Assembly (NCBI GenBank): GCA_947175435.1
Contig: CAMWMS010000001.1
Location: 2,851 to 66,850 of the forward strand
Source: an uncultured Lachnospiraceae bacterium
GTDB taxonomy: Bacteria > Bacillota > Clostridia > Lachnospirales > Lachnospiraceae
Reading direction: 5' to 3'
Length of the DNA: 64,000 bases
In this document: positions 20,285-31,700 of the stretch, in pieces
How positions within the stretch are numbered: the first letter of the stretch is position 1
Layout of the letters: the number at the start of each line of letters is the position of its first letter
Position numbers and translations under genes: made by a program
Notes under the pieces: model-generated
Told to the model about the DNA's origin: nothing
Databases searched by the model: none
What the model saw: only the letters and a program-made list of their open reading frames with translations

Positions 20285-21664
20285 ATGAACCAAAAAGTAC
20301 AAAGAATAGAATATCGTTTCGGAAAGGCAGGAAGTTTGACGCCGCTTATAGCTGCCGCTGCGATGATCATTTGGGCAGCGTTCAGTCAATCCAATGTGAA
20401 TGGATATGTGCTGGCGTTTTTTGTAGCATTGGTGACAGGTGTTATTTTTACAAAAGATGAAAAAGCATACGGTAAGGCGTTGGTATACGGACTAAGTAAG
20501 CCGATGTTTGGTGTGATCGTGCTGGCGGTGATACTGGCAGCGGTTTCGGGTAAGCTGATCTCAGCCAGCGGGGCGGTGCAGACGATCGCGGCATATGTGG
20601 TGGCGGCAGGCTTTACGGGGAAACTGTTTGTGGCGGCGACTTTTCTGATTACCTGCCTGCTGGCGTTTGCCACAGGAACTTCGGTGGGCACTTATTTTGT
20701 TGTGATTCCGATTCTGTTTCCGGTGGGTGTGATGGCAGGCGCGGCACCGGCATTTATGATAGGCGCCATCGTGTCGGGAGCAGCATTCGGTGATAATTTA
20801 GGTCCGATCTCGGATACCACTATCGCTTCCTCCGCGACACAGCATGCGGATCTGGGAACTGTGGTGAAGACCAGAACACGTTATAGTCTGCCTGCGGCAG
20901 CAGGGGCGCTTATTTTGTTTTTGCTGTTTTCCAAGACCACGGACGGCGGTTCGGCTATGGAGGCAGCAGACGGTGCGGTCAATCCGGTCAGCCTGATTAT
21001 GCTGGTAGTACCGGTGGTGATTATAGCACTTTGTATGATGAGAAAGCATTTGATCACCGCCCTGTCATGGGGGATTCTTTCCGGAATCGCTGCAGGACTG
21101 GTTTCCAGTATTTATAAGGTGGAGGATCTTGTTGCATTTCCCGGCGGATTTTCCGTGTCCGGGGCGATCATTGAAGCCATTACGGGAACGGCAGGCACGA
21201 TGGCAATGCTGATCGGCGTATTTGCACTTCTGGGCGTGTTGGAATGCGGCGGTTTCTTCGAGGATGTGGGAGCGCTTCTGGCTCGTCTGGCGAAAAAAGA
21301 ACGCAGCACAGAGGCAACCATTGTGCTGTCGGTAGGGATATTAAGTATGGTAACAGGTGTAATTTCAGTGGCGATAGTAGCCCTCGGCGATCTGATCAAT
21401 GAAATCGGGGAGAAAGCGGGCGTGAACAGGTATCGTCGGGCAAATCTGATGGATTGTACAGGCTGTGTATTCTGCTTTCTGGCACCTTGGACAGTACATT
21501 GCGTCATTCCCGCGCAGTTGTCCTCAGGGTTCGGGGAGGGCTATGCGGTTGCGCCCGGATCGGTGCCTTTTGTGAATTATTATTCCCTGTGTATGCTAGC
21601 GATACTAGTAGTGGCGGTTGTTATGGGATATGGCAGGAAGCCGCCGAAAGGCGAAAAAGGGTAA
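20285..21664 (+). CDS. NhaC-family Na+/H+ antiporter-like transporter
   Basis: FATGTSVGT and GAAFGDNLGPISDTTI motifs. Confidence 0.85.
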   Translation: MNQKVQRIEYRFGKAGSLTPLIAAAAMIIWAAFSQSNVNGYVLAFFVALVTGVIFTKDEKAYGKALVYGLSKPMFGVIVLAVILAAVSGKLISASGAVQTIAAYVVAAGFTGKLFVAATFLITCLLAFATGTSVGTYFVVIPILFPVGVMAGAAPAFMIGAIVSGAAFGDNLGPISDTTIASSATQHADLGTVVKTRTRYSLPAAAGALILFLLFSKTTDGGSAMEAADGAVNPVSLIMLVVPVVIIALCMMRKHLITALSWGILSGIAAGLVSSIYKVEDLVAFPGGFSVSGAIIEAITGTAGTMAMLIGVFALLGVLECGGFFEDVGALLARLAKKERSTEATIVLSVGILSMVTGVISVAIVALGDLINEIGEKAGVNRYRRANLMDCTGCVFCFLAPWTVHCVIPAQLSSGFGEGYAVAPGSVPFVNYYSLCMLAILVVAVVMGYGRKPPKGEKG

Positions 21665-21869
21665 TTAGAGGTCGAGGAAGCCAGATAAGAGCCAAAACCA
21701 CTCAGGGGCGGCTCTTATTTATTTTTGCAATTTTATTGTTTAAGATATCCTTAATATTATTGAGCTTCGGATAAAAATATGATAGGTTTAAGGCATAAAC
21801 TGTTAAGAATAATTTTTAGCACAACTGCAACAATAATGTATCAACAGAGGAAAAAGGACGGGAGTACGG

Positions 21870-23033
21870 ATGAAGAGTAAGCTGTATTATGCACTATATT
21901 TTTTATATGCCATCGTAGTGGCGTTTGTTCTTTATTTAAATGGCGTATTCACAGGGGAAGAGATTTCTATTGTAAATTTGGCGATTAATATCGGGTTCCT
22001 ACTTATTATAGGGATTATTTTCTGCATATCTTCCATCAGTTTCGGCAGACTGAACAGGGTCACTTATGAGCTGGAAGAAGTTATGATTCGTCTTCAGAAA
22101 GAATATAAGGAAGCAAACGGAAAGAATCTCTGGGGAAATTACAAGGATAATGCCAAAGTTTTTCAGGAGGAAGTATTGCAGGATGCGTTTAATAAGTACC
22201 GAATGCGGGTAAAAGGCGCGAAGACGAAGCGGGGAGCTGTTTCTTCTTGTGACTTGGAGGAATATATCAATGAAGACCTTTTGGACAAAGTGGGCATGAA
22301 TTTCTTTAATTCCGGGATTTCCGGGACGCTTACGGGTCTGGGTATTTTGGGAACGTTTCTCGGTCTGTCCATGGGACTGGGCGCATTCAGCGGCGACGAT
22401 ATTTTTACCATTTCCGATAATGTGGGTTCTCTGCTTTCTGGCATGAAAGTGGCTTTTCACACTTCGGTATATGGTATCTTCTTTTCGTTGGTGTTTAATA
22501 TTGCTTACCGGAGCATTATGTCAGATGCTTATGAGACGCTGGCCGAGTTTTTACGTGTGTTCCGTCAGACCGCACAGCCGGGTGCCGGGAAGGACGATGA
22601 AGGCACAGCGGCGCTGCTCGTTTATCAGGCGGGCATGGCGAATTCCTTAAAGCAGATGCTGGAAATGATGAAAGGCAATGCGATGGAACAGACAGCTGGC
22701 GTGGAGCGTATCGTAGATAAATTTACCGAACAGATGCAGGCCGCTTTGGATACGGACTTTAAGAAGCTCGGGAGTACACTGAAAGCTGCGGGAGAGTCGC
22801 AGGCTGCCAGCGCGGCAAATGCGTCGCAGATGATTGAGGCGGTTACAGCGTTAGTGGAGGTAAACCGTAATGTGCAGGAGGCTCTTACCCATGTCATGGA
22901 AAGGCAGGAGCTGTTTGCAAGGCAGATTGAGGAGCAGAAGAAAATGCTGGCGGATGCGTGCAGTGATATGAGCGATGAGATCAGCAGCCGGTTATACACA
23001 TTTGAACAGATGAGGAATTTATATGAAGAATAG
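21870..23033 (+). CDS. ZorA-like MotA/TolQ/ExbB ion-channel protein with helical cytoplasmic tail
   Basis: GTLTGLGILGTFLGL...LLSGMKVAFHTSVYGIFFSL followed by a ~150-aa amphipathic helical tail. Confidence 0.75.
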   Translation: MKSKLYYALYFLYAIVVAFVLYLNGVFTGEEISIVNLAINIGFLLIIGIIFCISSISFGRLNRVTYELEEVMIRLQKEYKEANGKNLWGNYKDNAKVFQEEVLQDAFNKYRMRVKGAKTKRGAVSSCDLEEYINEDLLDKVGMNFFNSGISGTLTGLGILGTFLGLSMGLGAFSGDDIFTISDNVGSLLSGMKVAFHTSVYGIFFSLVFNIAYRSIMSDAYETLAEFLRVFRQTAQPGAGKDDEGTAALLVYQAGMANSLKQMLEMMKGNAMEQTAGVERIVDKFTEQMQAALDTDFKKLGSTLKAAGESQAASAANASQMIEAVTALVEVNRNVQEALTHVMERQELFARQIEEQKKMLADACSDMSDEISSRLYTFEQMRNLYEE

Positions 23034-23946
23034 ACGAAGGAACAGGGAAGCTTTTGCGGAGCACAGTTATTGGCAGTCTTATTCGGATATGATGGCGGCG
23101 CTTCTGCTGATTTTTATTCTGATGATAGCGATCACCCTTACCATATACAGACAGAAAACGAATGATCTGGATAAGACAAGGCTGGAGCTTAGCACGGCAC
23201 AGAGTAAGTTAGATGAGACGATAGAAGATCTGGAACTTTCCAAGGCTGAGCTAGAGAAGTCCAATGAGGAACTTGCGTCTTCACTGGCGGAGCTGCAACA
23301 GGCTTACGAGCAGGCGGCTTTGACGCAGGAAGAATTAAATAACGCATATTTGGAAATAGAAAATGCCAGACAGGAACTGACGACGACGAAGCAGGAACTT
23401 CAGGATATCGTCGGAATCCGCACAGATATTATCGGGGCGCTGCAGTCCGCTTTCAGTAATTCCACTATGAAAGTGGATGCCCAGACAGGTTCCATTACGT
23501 TTTCTTCGGATGTGCTTTTCCGTTATAACAGTGCCTCACTTACGGCAGACAGCAGGGAGACGTTGAAAAATATTATTCCGATGTATCTGGATGTGCTGCT
23601 TCAGGATCAGTTCCGCGATTATATCGCAGAAATCATTATCGAGGGACACACGGATACGGACGGCGGCTACCAGAGCAATATGGAGTTGTCCTATGAGCGG
23701 GCCAATGCCGTGGCGGATTTCTGTCTGAATAAGAGAAACGGCCTCAGCGAGACGGAGATCGAGCAGCTTCAAAAGTTACTTACCGTCAATGGAAAATCAT
23801 GGAGCAATCCGGTCTATCAAACGGATATTTTCGGAAATCCCACGGATAAGGTGGATATGCCGGCATCCAGAAGGGTGGAAATTAAGTTCCGGCTGAAGGA
23901 AGATGAAATGATAGAGAAGATTTCGGGGATTTTGGAGCAGGAATAG
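23023..23946 (+). CDS. ZorB-like MotB/OmpA-domain protein
   Basis: YWQSYSDMMAALL (conserved Asp), coiled coil, IEGHTD...NMELSYERANAV...SRRVEIKF; overlaps the previous gene. Confidence 0.78.
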   Translation: MKNRRRNREAFAEHSYWQSYSDMMAALLLIFILMIAITLTIYRQKTNDLDKTRLELSTAQSKLDETIEDLELSKAELEKSNEELASSLAELQQAYEQAALTQEELNNAYLEIENARQELTTTKQELQDIVGIRTDIIGALQSAFSNSTMKVDAQTGSITFSSDVLFRYNSASLTADSRETLKNIIPMYLDVLLQDQFRDYIAEIIIEGHTDTDGGYQSNMELSYERANAVADFCLNKRNGLSETEIEQLQKLLTVNGKSWSNPVYQTDIFGNPTDKVDMPASRRVEIKFRLKEDEMIEKISGILEQE

Positions 23947-23992
23947 GGTATGGCTCATTAAAATATGAGCGAGAGAGATTCTGGCGAAAAAT

Positions 23993-24982
23993 TTACGCCA
24001 AAATCTCATCAATCCTACGTCGCTCGTCGTCACTGAAATGTGTATTGTTAAGCATACCTACATTATCTATGATCTGCGAGGGCTTGGAGGCGCCGATCAA
24101 AACGCTCGTAATGTCTCCGTCACGCAGAATCCATGCCAATGCCATTTGAGCAAGACTTTGGCCGCGTTCCTTTGCAATTGCGTTTAAAGCTACTATCTTT
24201 CTTAAAGTTGCCTCATTAACAGCGTTTTCCTTTAAAAATCTTCCGTCGGTTTTGATTCGGCTGTCTGAGGGAATACCGTTTATATAGCGGTCTGTCAGGA
24301 GGCCTTGCGCCAGAGGGCAGAAGGTGATGATCCCGATACCGTTTTGGGCGGCATAGTCTTTTAAGCCGTCTTTTTCTATATCACGGTTAAACATGGAATA
24401 ATTCCGTTGATTGATGATAAACGGAGTTCCCATTTTGCGGAATAATTCTGCAATGGCAATGGTCTGTTCTTTATTGTAATTGGAAATACCCACATATAAA
24501 GCCTTGCCGCTTCTGACGATACTGTCTAAAGCGCCGGCTGTTTCATCGAGCGGCGTGTCGGGATCGGGTCTGTGATGATAATATATATCGACATAGTCCA
24601 GTCCCATTCTTGTAAGGCTCTGATCCAGGCTGGCGACAAGATATTTTTTACTTCCCCAGTTGCCGTAAGGACCGGGCCACATGTCATAGCCTGCCTTGGT
24701 AGAGATGATCAGTTCATCTCTGTAAATACCGAGGCTTTTCTTTAAAATGCGTCCGAAGTTTTCCTCTGCGGCACCGTAAACAGGTCCATAGTTATTTGCC
24801 AGATCGAAATGTGTGATTCCGTTATCAAAAGCGGTTTGGCACATGGCGGTCATATTATCAAAATTTCCGTTTGATCCGAAGTTGTGCCATAAACCCAGTG
24901 ATACCGCAGGAAGCAGTAGACCGCTTGCTCCGCAACGGTTGTAATGCATTTTGTCATAGCGTGTTTCTTCTGCGTTATACAT
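23993..24982 (-). CDS. Aldo/keto reductase (L-glyceraldehyde-3-phosphate reductase/YghZ-like)
   Basis: SLGLWHNFG, FDLANNYGP, ISTKAGYDMWPGPYG. Confidence 0.9.
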   Translation of the reverse strand: MYNAEETRYDKMHYNRCGASGLLLPAVSLGLWHNFGSNGNFDNMTAMCQTAFDNGITHFDLANNYGPVYGAAEENFGRILKKSLGIYRDELIISTKAGYDMWPGPYGNWGSKKYLVASLDQSLTRMGLDYVDIYYHHRPDPDTPLDETAGALDSIVRSGKALYVGISNYNKEQTIAIAELFRKMGTPFIINQRNYSMFNRDIEKDGLKDYAAQNGIGIITFCPLAQGLLTDRYINGIPSDSRIKTDGRFLKENAVNEATLRKIVALNAIAKERGQSLAQMALAWILRDGDITSVLIGASKPSQIIDNVGMLNNTHFSDDERRRIDEILA

Positions 24983-25227
24983 GATGATTCTCCTATAAGT
25001 CTTTCTTGTTAAAGCATATAGTGGATAATATGGATTGATTATAGCATTTAGAATGAGTCGGAGTCCAGTTCCGATTTAGCTGTTTTTCAGAATGACAGAC
25101 ATTAATAAATAGACGATATTTTGTAACGTATGTTATGATATTGGAGATCATGAAACATAATTAATGTTGCCATACAGGTGTCATATTTAAAGCGTTAAAA
25201 TTACAGAAAACACTTGGAGGAATCAAT

Positions 25228-26052
25228 ATGTTAGAGTTACCGGAAAGCTATACGATATCAAAGCAGATCGAACAGGCATTAAGAGGGAAAATAATCAGTT
25301 GTATCGAGATCCTGCATACACCGCATAAGTTTGTCTTTTTTCAGGGAGATATGGACAAATATCCCAACGATTTGGAGGGACAGACGATTGTCGGGGCAAC
25401 ATACCATGGCGGTATGATTGAGATAGATACTGAGGACAGTATGATTGCGTTTGCCGACGGAGCCTGCCCTAAATATTATGAGGATAAAAGAAAGTTTCCG
25501 AAAAAGCATCAGATGGCAATCTATTTTGATGATGAAACGGCAGTTTTTGTATCCAATCAGATGTATGGTATTATTTATTTTGCTCCGAAGGGAGAATGTA
25601 CGGAAGAGTATTATATTTCTTCCACCAGGAAGACAAGTCCGTTGGCGGAAGAGTTTACATTTGACTATTTTAAAAGCCTTTATCCGTCCGGTGGTAAGAA
25701 ATTGTCCGCAAAGGAATTCCTTGCAACGAAGCAGCGTATACCGGGGCTGGGGAACGGCGTATTGCAGGATATTTTGTGGGATGCCGGTATAGATCCCCGT
25801 TTTGACATGCGCCAGGCGACAGAAGAGGATTTTGAGGCATTATATACGTCAGTCAGGAAAATGTTGAAGAAAATGTGCGAAAGCGGCGGGCGTGATACGG
25901 AAAGGGATCTGTTCGGAAAAAAGGGCGGATATATTACGCAGCTTAGTAAAAATTCCTTATATGAACCGTGTATGAAATGCGGACATGAAATCAGTAAAGC
26001 AAATTACATGGGCGGAACGGTGTATTTTTGCGAGTGCTGCCAGAAAAGATAA
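25228..26052 (+). CDS. Fpg/Nei-family DNA glycosylase-like protein
   Basis: N-terminal MLELPE, H2TH motif IPGLGNG, C-terminal zinc finger CMKC...FCECCQ. Confidence 0.85.
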   Translation: MLELPESYTISKQIEQALRGKIISCIEILHTPHKFVFFQGDMDKYPNDLEGQTIVGATYHGGMIEIDTEDSMIAFADGACPKYYEDKRKFPKKHQMAIYFDDETAVFVSNQMYGIIYFAPKGECTEEYYISSTRKTSPLAEEFTFDYFKSLYPSGGKKLSAKEFLATKQRIPGLGNGVLQDILWDAGIDPRFDMRQATEEDFEALYTSVRKMLKKMCESGGRDTERDLFGKKGGYITQLSKNSLYEPCMKCGHEISKANYMGGTVYFCECCQKR

Positions 26053-26188
26053 TTTGTGAACTGGGCATCAAACTGCAATTACACCTAAATATTTACAACA
26101 TAAAATGACCTGTCTGCGACAAGCTATTGATGAAAACCAGGTTCAAATCCGATATAAATATAGCATATGTTTTCCAGGAGGTGAAATT

Positions 26189-26908
26189 GTGCAGATTGGT
26201 GTATGTGATGACCGGAAAGAAATGCGGGAGATGATCATCGATAAAGTAAAGAAGCTTTATCCAGCGGAAGATATTGTATCTTATGGGTCCGGACAGGAAG
26301 TATTGGATGCATTACATCTTCCGGACATCCTGTTTCTGGACATACAGATGCCGGGAATGGACGGACTGGAAACTGCCGGAGAGCTCCGTAAACTGAATCG
26401 GCAGATGATAATTATTTTTGTGACCGTAACAGGGGATTATGTATTCCGGTCGTTTGATGTCGGGGCGTTTCATTATCTTGTTAAGCCGTTTGAAGATGAG
26501 AAATTTGCGGAAGTCTTACACAATGCAGTCAGGCAGTTTACGGAAAGAAAGACGGAGCGCATGGGCATAAAAAAGGAAATGCCGAGCCTTGTGGTAACCA
26601 CAAAAGGCAAGCATGTTGCCATCCCTATGGAAGATGTCGTATATGCGGAAGTGTTCAACCGGAAAATAATCATCCATACAATGGATGCGGACATAGAATT
26701 CTATGGGAGAATGAAAGAACTGGAGAAAAAAGCAGGGGATGATTTCTACCGTTCCCATAGGGCATATCTTATAAATCTCAATTTTATCAGGAAATATGAC
26801 GCGAAAACCATTTATTTAGAAAATGCGCAGGTGCCCATGTCAAAGCAGAATTATCAGGATTTCGTCAAATGCTATTTAAGATTCAATCAGAGAAAGGGCA
26901 AGGAATAG
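26189..26908 (+). CDS. LytTR-family response regulator
   Basis: VCDD, FLDIQMP, YLVKP, FYRSHRAYLINL; GTG start after GGAGG. Confidence 0.92.
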   Translation: MQIGVCDDRKEMREMIIDKVKKLYPAEDIVSYGSGQEVLDALHLPDILFLDIQMPGMDGLETAGELRKLNRQMIIIFVTVTGDYVFRSFDVGAFHYLVKPFEDEKFAEVLHNAVRQFTERKTERMGIKKEMPSLVVTTKGKHVAIPMEDVVYAEVFNRKIIIHTMDADIEFYGRMKELEKKAGDDFYRSHRAYLINLNFIRKYDAKTIYLENAQVPMSKQNYQDFVKCYLRFNQRKGKE

Positions 26909-26911
26909 GGA

Positions 26912-28330
26912 GTGGGATATACTGTAGTTCATGATCTGTATGTGGTGATGGAGATATTAATCAGGGGATATTTTTTTTACCGTCTGGTAAAGCCGTTTAT
27001 GCTCTTCGGAGCTATGCCTGATGATATGTGCGGCTCAGAGGACATATATGTATCTGCAGGGAGAAGAAAAAAATTCGTATTTTATATTGGAACTATCCAT
27101 TTTTTGATAATCATGCTGCTATATGTTATGCCGCAGCCTATGGATCTTTTTAGGGCATATCGTATAGGAAGTTTTATCATGTTCTGTTTGATCTGTTGTA
27201 TCGATCGTAGAAATTACAGGCAGAAAGCATTTCTTGTGATCATGTTTTTTTCCGTAAGCTGGCTTTGTGCTGCGATGGCAGAAATACTATATGACAACTT
27301 ATACGCTTATGCCGAACATACGGATTATATGCAGAGTCATCTGGATGATCCGACGTGGATTGCTTTGTATGCAGGGGTAACTGTTTTTTATCTGACGCTG
27401 GAATTTATATTTACTGCTATTGGAATCCGGCAGATTATAAAGGTCTATAGAAATAAGAGTGCGGATCTGGAAAAAAGGGAACTGTTTATGCTGGCGCTGC
27501 CATCGCTTATGGGACTGATGGCATTTGTAATCATAGGGAGCCACCGCATGGTTTATATTGTAGAAGCCGGGAGAAAGAAGGATGATTATGATATGTTGAT
27601 ATTGCTGTTTTATGCATCAACTGTTGTTTTGATTGTTGTGTTTATTGTATTATATCAGGAGATCAAGGCAAGGCAGGAAGAGAACAGGCAGACGGAATTT
27701 CTTGCTGTGCAGATTGACAGTATCAGACGGCATATCGAGCAGGTGGAAGGTCTTTATCAGAATATCCGCAGTGTCAGGCATGATATGACAAACCATATCC
27801 TTACATTGGAAAAGCTATATGAAGGAAATAATGCGGAGGAGGCCAGAGCATACAGCGAAGTATTAAAGACAGAGCTTTCTCAAATGACAGGCGGGATAGA
27901 AAGCGGAAACCCGGTAACGGATGTGATTTTACAAGAGTTCAAAAAAGAAGCAGGGGAAAGGGGAATTTCTTTCCGTTCAGAATTTCATTACCCTGTGGAT
28001 TCTAATATCAATGCCTTTGACATGAGCGTTATATTAAACAATGCGTTGCAGAATGCAATAGAAAATACTGAAAAAGAAAAGATGAAACAGATATCCATTG
28101 AGTCATACCGCAGGAAGAATGCTTATATCATGGAAATCTGCAACAGCTTTACAGGAAATTTACAATGGGATGCGGAAAGCGGGCTTCCGGTCACGTCGAA
28201 GGAAGAGGCGGAAGGACATGGATACGGACTGCCCAATATCCGCAGGATGGCGGGAAAATATGCCGGCGATATAGATATTGCATTAAAGGATGGGGAGTTT
28301 TGCCTTTGCACTATGCTGATGCTGGAGTAG
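26912..28330 (+). CDS. GHKL sensor histidine kinase (AgrC/VirS-like)
   Basis: Multiple TMs; RHDMTNH, NALQNAIE, HGYGL. Confidence 0.9.
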   Translation: MGYTVVHDLYVVMEILIRGYFFYRLVKPFMLFGAMPDDMCGSEDIYVSAGRRKKFVFYIGTIHFLIIMLLYVMPQPMDLFRAYRIGSFIMFCLICCIDRRNYRQKAFLVIMFFSVSWLCAAMAEILYDNLYAYAEHTDYMQSHLDDPTWIALYAGVTVFYLTLEFIFTAIGIRQIIKVYRNKSADLEKRELFMLALPSLMGLMAFVIIGSHRMVYIVEAGRKKDDYDMLILLFYASTVVLIVVFIVLYQEIKARQEENRQTEFLAVQIDSIRRHIEQVEGLYQNIRSVRHDMTNHILTLEKLYEGNNAEEARAYSEVLKTELSQMTGGIESGNPVTDVILQEFKKEAGERGISFRSEFHYPVDSNINAFDMSVILNNALQNAIENTEKEKMKQISIESYRRKNAYIMEICNSFTGNLQWDAESGLPVTSKEEAEGHGYGLPNIRRMAGKYAGDIDIALKDGEFCLCTMLMLE

Positions 28331-28750
28331 AATATTTCTAAATCCGTAATGAAATAAGGTGAAACGCAGTGCGGGTAACCTCGTCTGAGACACGGGAGCC
28401 GCCCATAAATCGGGCTGCAAGACTATAGCGGAGGAATGTGAGAAAAAAGGAATCTTGCAGCTTGTTGACAGTGTAGGGTGGTATTCGACTTGTTTCATGA
28501 TGTGCCGTAAGTACCTGTTTACGGGCTTTGCAATACATTTTATTACTTGTCTGAGTTCGTCAAAAGCGTAGTTTTTGATAAAGCAGGAATCTATTAAAGG
28601 GATCCTGTTTTTATTATGTCCAAAGCCGTAAAATAATGTTTTTCACTGTTGTTGAAAAAACATGTTTCATGGTATAATTTCGTACAATAGGAAATTTCTG
28701 TTATGCATACATTATGCTGATTTGCAGCATAGAAAGACGTGGTACTTAAA

Positions 28751-31700
28751 ATGGACAATCTGAAAGAAGCCATAGTAGAAAAAATGATAGATTACGGAAA
28801 GAAAAACAGAAGGCTGAAAGTGCCTGTAATTATGCTTATAACGCTGTTTCTGGTTCTGTTCCACGGTGCCAGGAATTTTTTTATACAGTTTAGGATGCAT
28901 CCGTTCAGGCAGCGCCTCCTTGCAGGTGCACTCTGCGTATGCCTGGTAATTTCATCAATGCCTGCTGCGGACTATGCATTTCCGGTACTGGCAGCACAGG
29001 ATTCTAAAGGAACACAGGAAAATGTGCAGGAAGATATATCGGAAAATGTCAATGATGATATATACCCAAATATCAAACGTGAGATAGTTTCATTTACGGA
29101 GCTGCCGGATGAAATAAAAGAGCAGGCGGTTGAAGTGGGAACTCCTGTAGCGGGTCTGGAACTTCCGGATACGCTTACTGCATTATGCCGTATCTCGAAT
29201 GAAGAAAATCCGGACAGTGGCACAGATTCCGATAAAGAACAGGACTCTGAAAAAGATGATAAGCAGCCGGACGAAGGGGAAAAGGAAAGACCAGAAGAAG
29301 ATTCAGACAGAGAAAATGAGAATGAGTCTGATGATTCAGACCAGGAAAGCGGGAGTGATTCAGAAGATTCAGATAATGAAAATGGGGATGATTTCGGAAA
29401 TTCCGGCAACGAAGGGGCAGAAAAGCCCGAAGATTCGGACAAAGATAATGGTGAAACAACTGAAGGCAGTACGGATGAAGAAAATGGTGAGGCTGCTGAA
29501 GAAGGCACACATGAAGGAAATGGGGAGACATTCGAAGATAGTGCAGGGAATGCAGACGATGCAGAAGGAGAATCGGGCGGGGGAAATGCAGAAAGTACTG
29601 TAGAAGCTATCAAAGAAGGCATCAGAGCTGCCGCGGATAATAATAAAGCTATTGAAATACAGAAAACTGTCACAGTAAAAATGCGTGAAAACTATGCCAT
29701 GCCGCATGTGGTATCGGAAATAAAGGAACTTTCTTATGAAGCAGCGTCTGCAGTGTCAGATATTGAAAGCGAAGAAAGCAGCAACGGTTTAGGTGAAGTG
29801 TCAGAGGCGGATAAAGGTAATGGGGAAGCAGATGAGAAAATAACGGATGAAATGCCACAAGAAGCTGAAGCAGGAGCTGAAATAGAAAATGGAACAAAGG
29901 ATGAAACGGGAAATGAAGTAGAAACGGAAAAAGAGATTGGAATAAAGGAAGAAACAGTAACGATAGATGTTATTACATGGGAAAGTACGCCGGAATATGA
30001 CAGTGAGCTTGAAGGTGTGTATATTTTTACACCTGTTATTTCTGATGGAGAATATACACTTGCAGAGGATGTTTGGCTGCCTGAGATTAGTGTGACAGTG
30101 GCGGATGTGGAAATGATGCTGGAAGAGGAAGAGCTGCCGGATGTGAGTGGAAGTACGGAGCCTATGTGCGGTGTTATAAGCAGGGATACTACCTGGGAGG
30201 CCGGAGGGTTGCGTGGTGGGACGCTTATAGTGGAGCCGGGGGTTACACTGACGATAAATGGAGCAATAAACTTACATGAAAACGTTACGATCAAGGGCGG
30301 TGGAACTATTCTAAAAGGAAGTAAGGATGCTTATTTCAATATTTCTAGGTACACTAAAGTGACAGTGAGTAATATTACGATTGATGGTGCAAATATATCA
30401 TCAATAAGAAGTATGATATGTGTTCCCAGCGAAGCTCATTTAGAGATAAATGATGGTTCTGTAATTCGGAATTGTATAATTCAGGTAGAGAACTTCGGGG
30501 AAGGAGGGGATGGAGGGGCAATTTGGGCTAGTAATTCTAGTTCGGTGTTTTTGACTGACATGTCAATTTCAGATTGTCATGCACTTGGCATTACTCGTGG
30601 TGGTGCAGTTGCGATGTATTCAAATGGGGCGGCCGTACAAATTTGAAAATAAATAATACGATTATTGAGAATTGTTCGTCGGATAGGTGTGCCGGTGCAA
30701 TTTATGTAGCTTCAGGTGATGTGTCTATTAATAGTGGTACATTCAAAAATAATAAATCAATGCAGGGCGGCTGTATTACAGCTTATAGGAGTGATTTGAC
30801 TATTAATGATGGCGATTTTATAGGAAATACGGCAGACGAGGGCGGCTGTATTGCAGCTTATGATGGTAATGGATTAACTATTGAAAATGGTAATTTTATA
30901 GGAAATACGGCAGACACGAAAGGTGGCTGTATTATGGCTTATAGCGGTGTAGCAACTATTAATGGAGGGCATTTTGAAGGAAATAAATGTTCAAAGGAAG
31001 GATATGAGGGAAGTGGAGCAGTCTATGTTGATATTTATAGCGGGCTAGATTTATCTTCTGATGCACATTTTTGCGGAGATGCTTCTTATGGAACAGATGG
31101 CATTATGCCGGACAATTATAATTACGTTAGGATAAGGGGCACACTAAACTATCCAGCCACCATTTATGTAAAAGCATATGATGGGCGTGTAATTGCCGCG
31201 GGCGGGGGTGACTATATATTATCAATTAAAAATGATTTAGAGAAGATACAATTTGTAGATATTGGGGATTCTGGAGAAACTTATTATAAGGTTTTAGATA
31301 AAGAGAACAACTACATATACTTATCCACAACCGAACCCGAATATGGTTACTTTGTGACTTATCACAGCAATGGTGCAGAAGGAAACGTAACAGATGACAA
31401 AAAATATACGGACATAGATAACACTGTAACAGTAAAAGACGCTGCAGATTTGAGTTATGAAGGCTATGTATTTGACAGCTGGAATACCAAAGCAGACGGC
31501 ACCGGAGAATCTTATAATCCGAATGATACATTTACAATAACAAGTGACACAGATTTGTATGCCCAGTGGAAAGAGGTGAAGCTCCTAACCGCCTGGTTCT
31601 ATTCCGGTGATGAAAACACAGTTGAAACCATCGAAACTCCCATAGAAGACGGCGAAGACAGCGCGGTTATTAAAACTCCTGCATTGGAACCAATACCAGA

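Noticed and set aside
21870-23946. Flagellar stator motAB or a complete Zorya system
   Set aside because: Topology and motifs are ZorAB-like and there is no flagellar context, but no ZorC/D/E gene is adjacent, so neither label is supported.
28338-28435. c-di-GMP or c-di-AMP riboswitch, or a self-cleaving ribozyme
   Set aside because: Key consensus elements could not be matched by eye; kept only as a low-interest structured segment.
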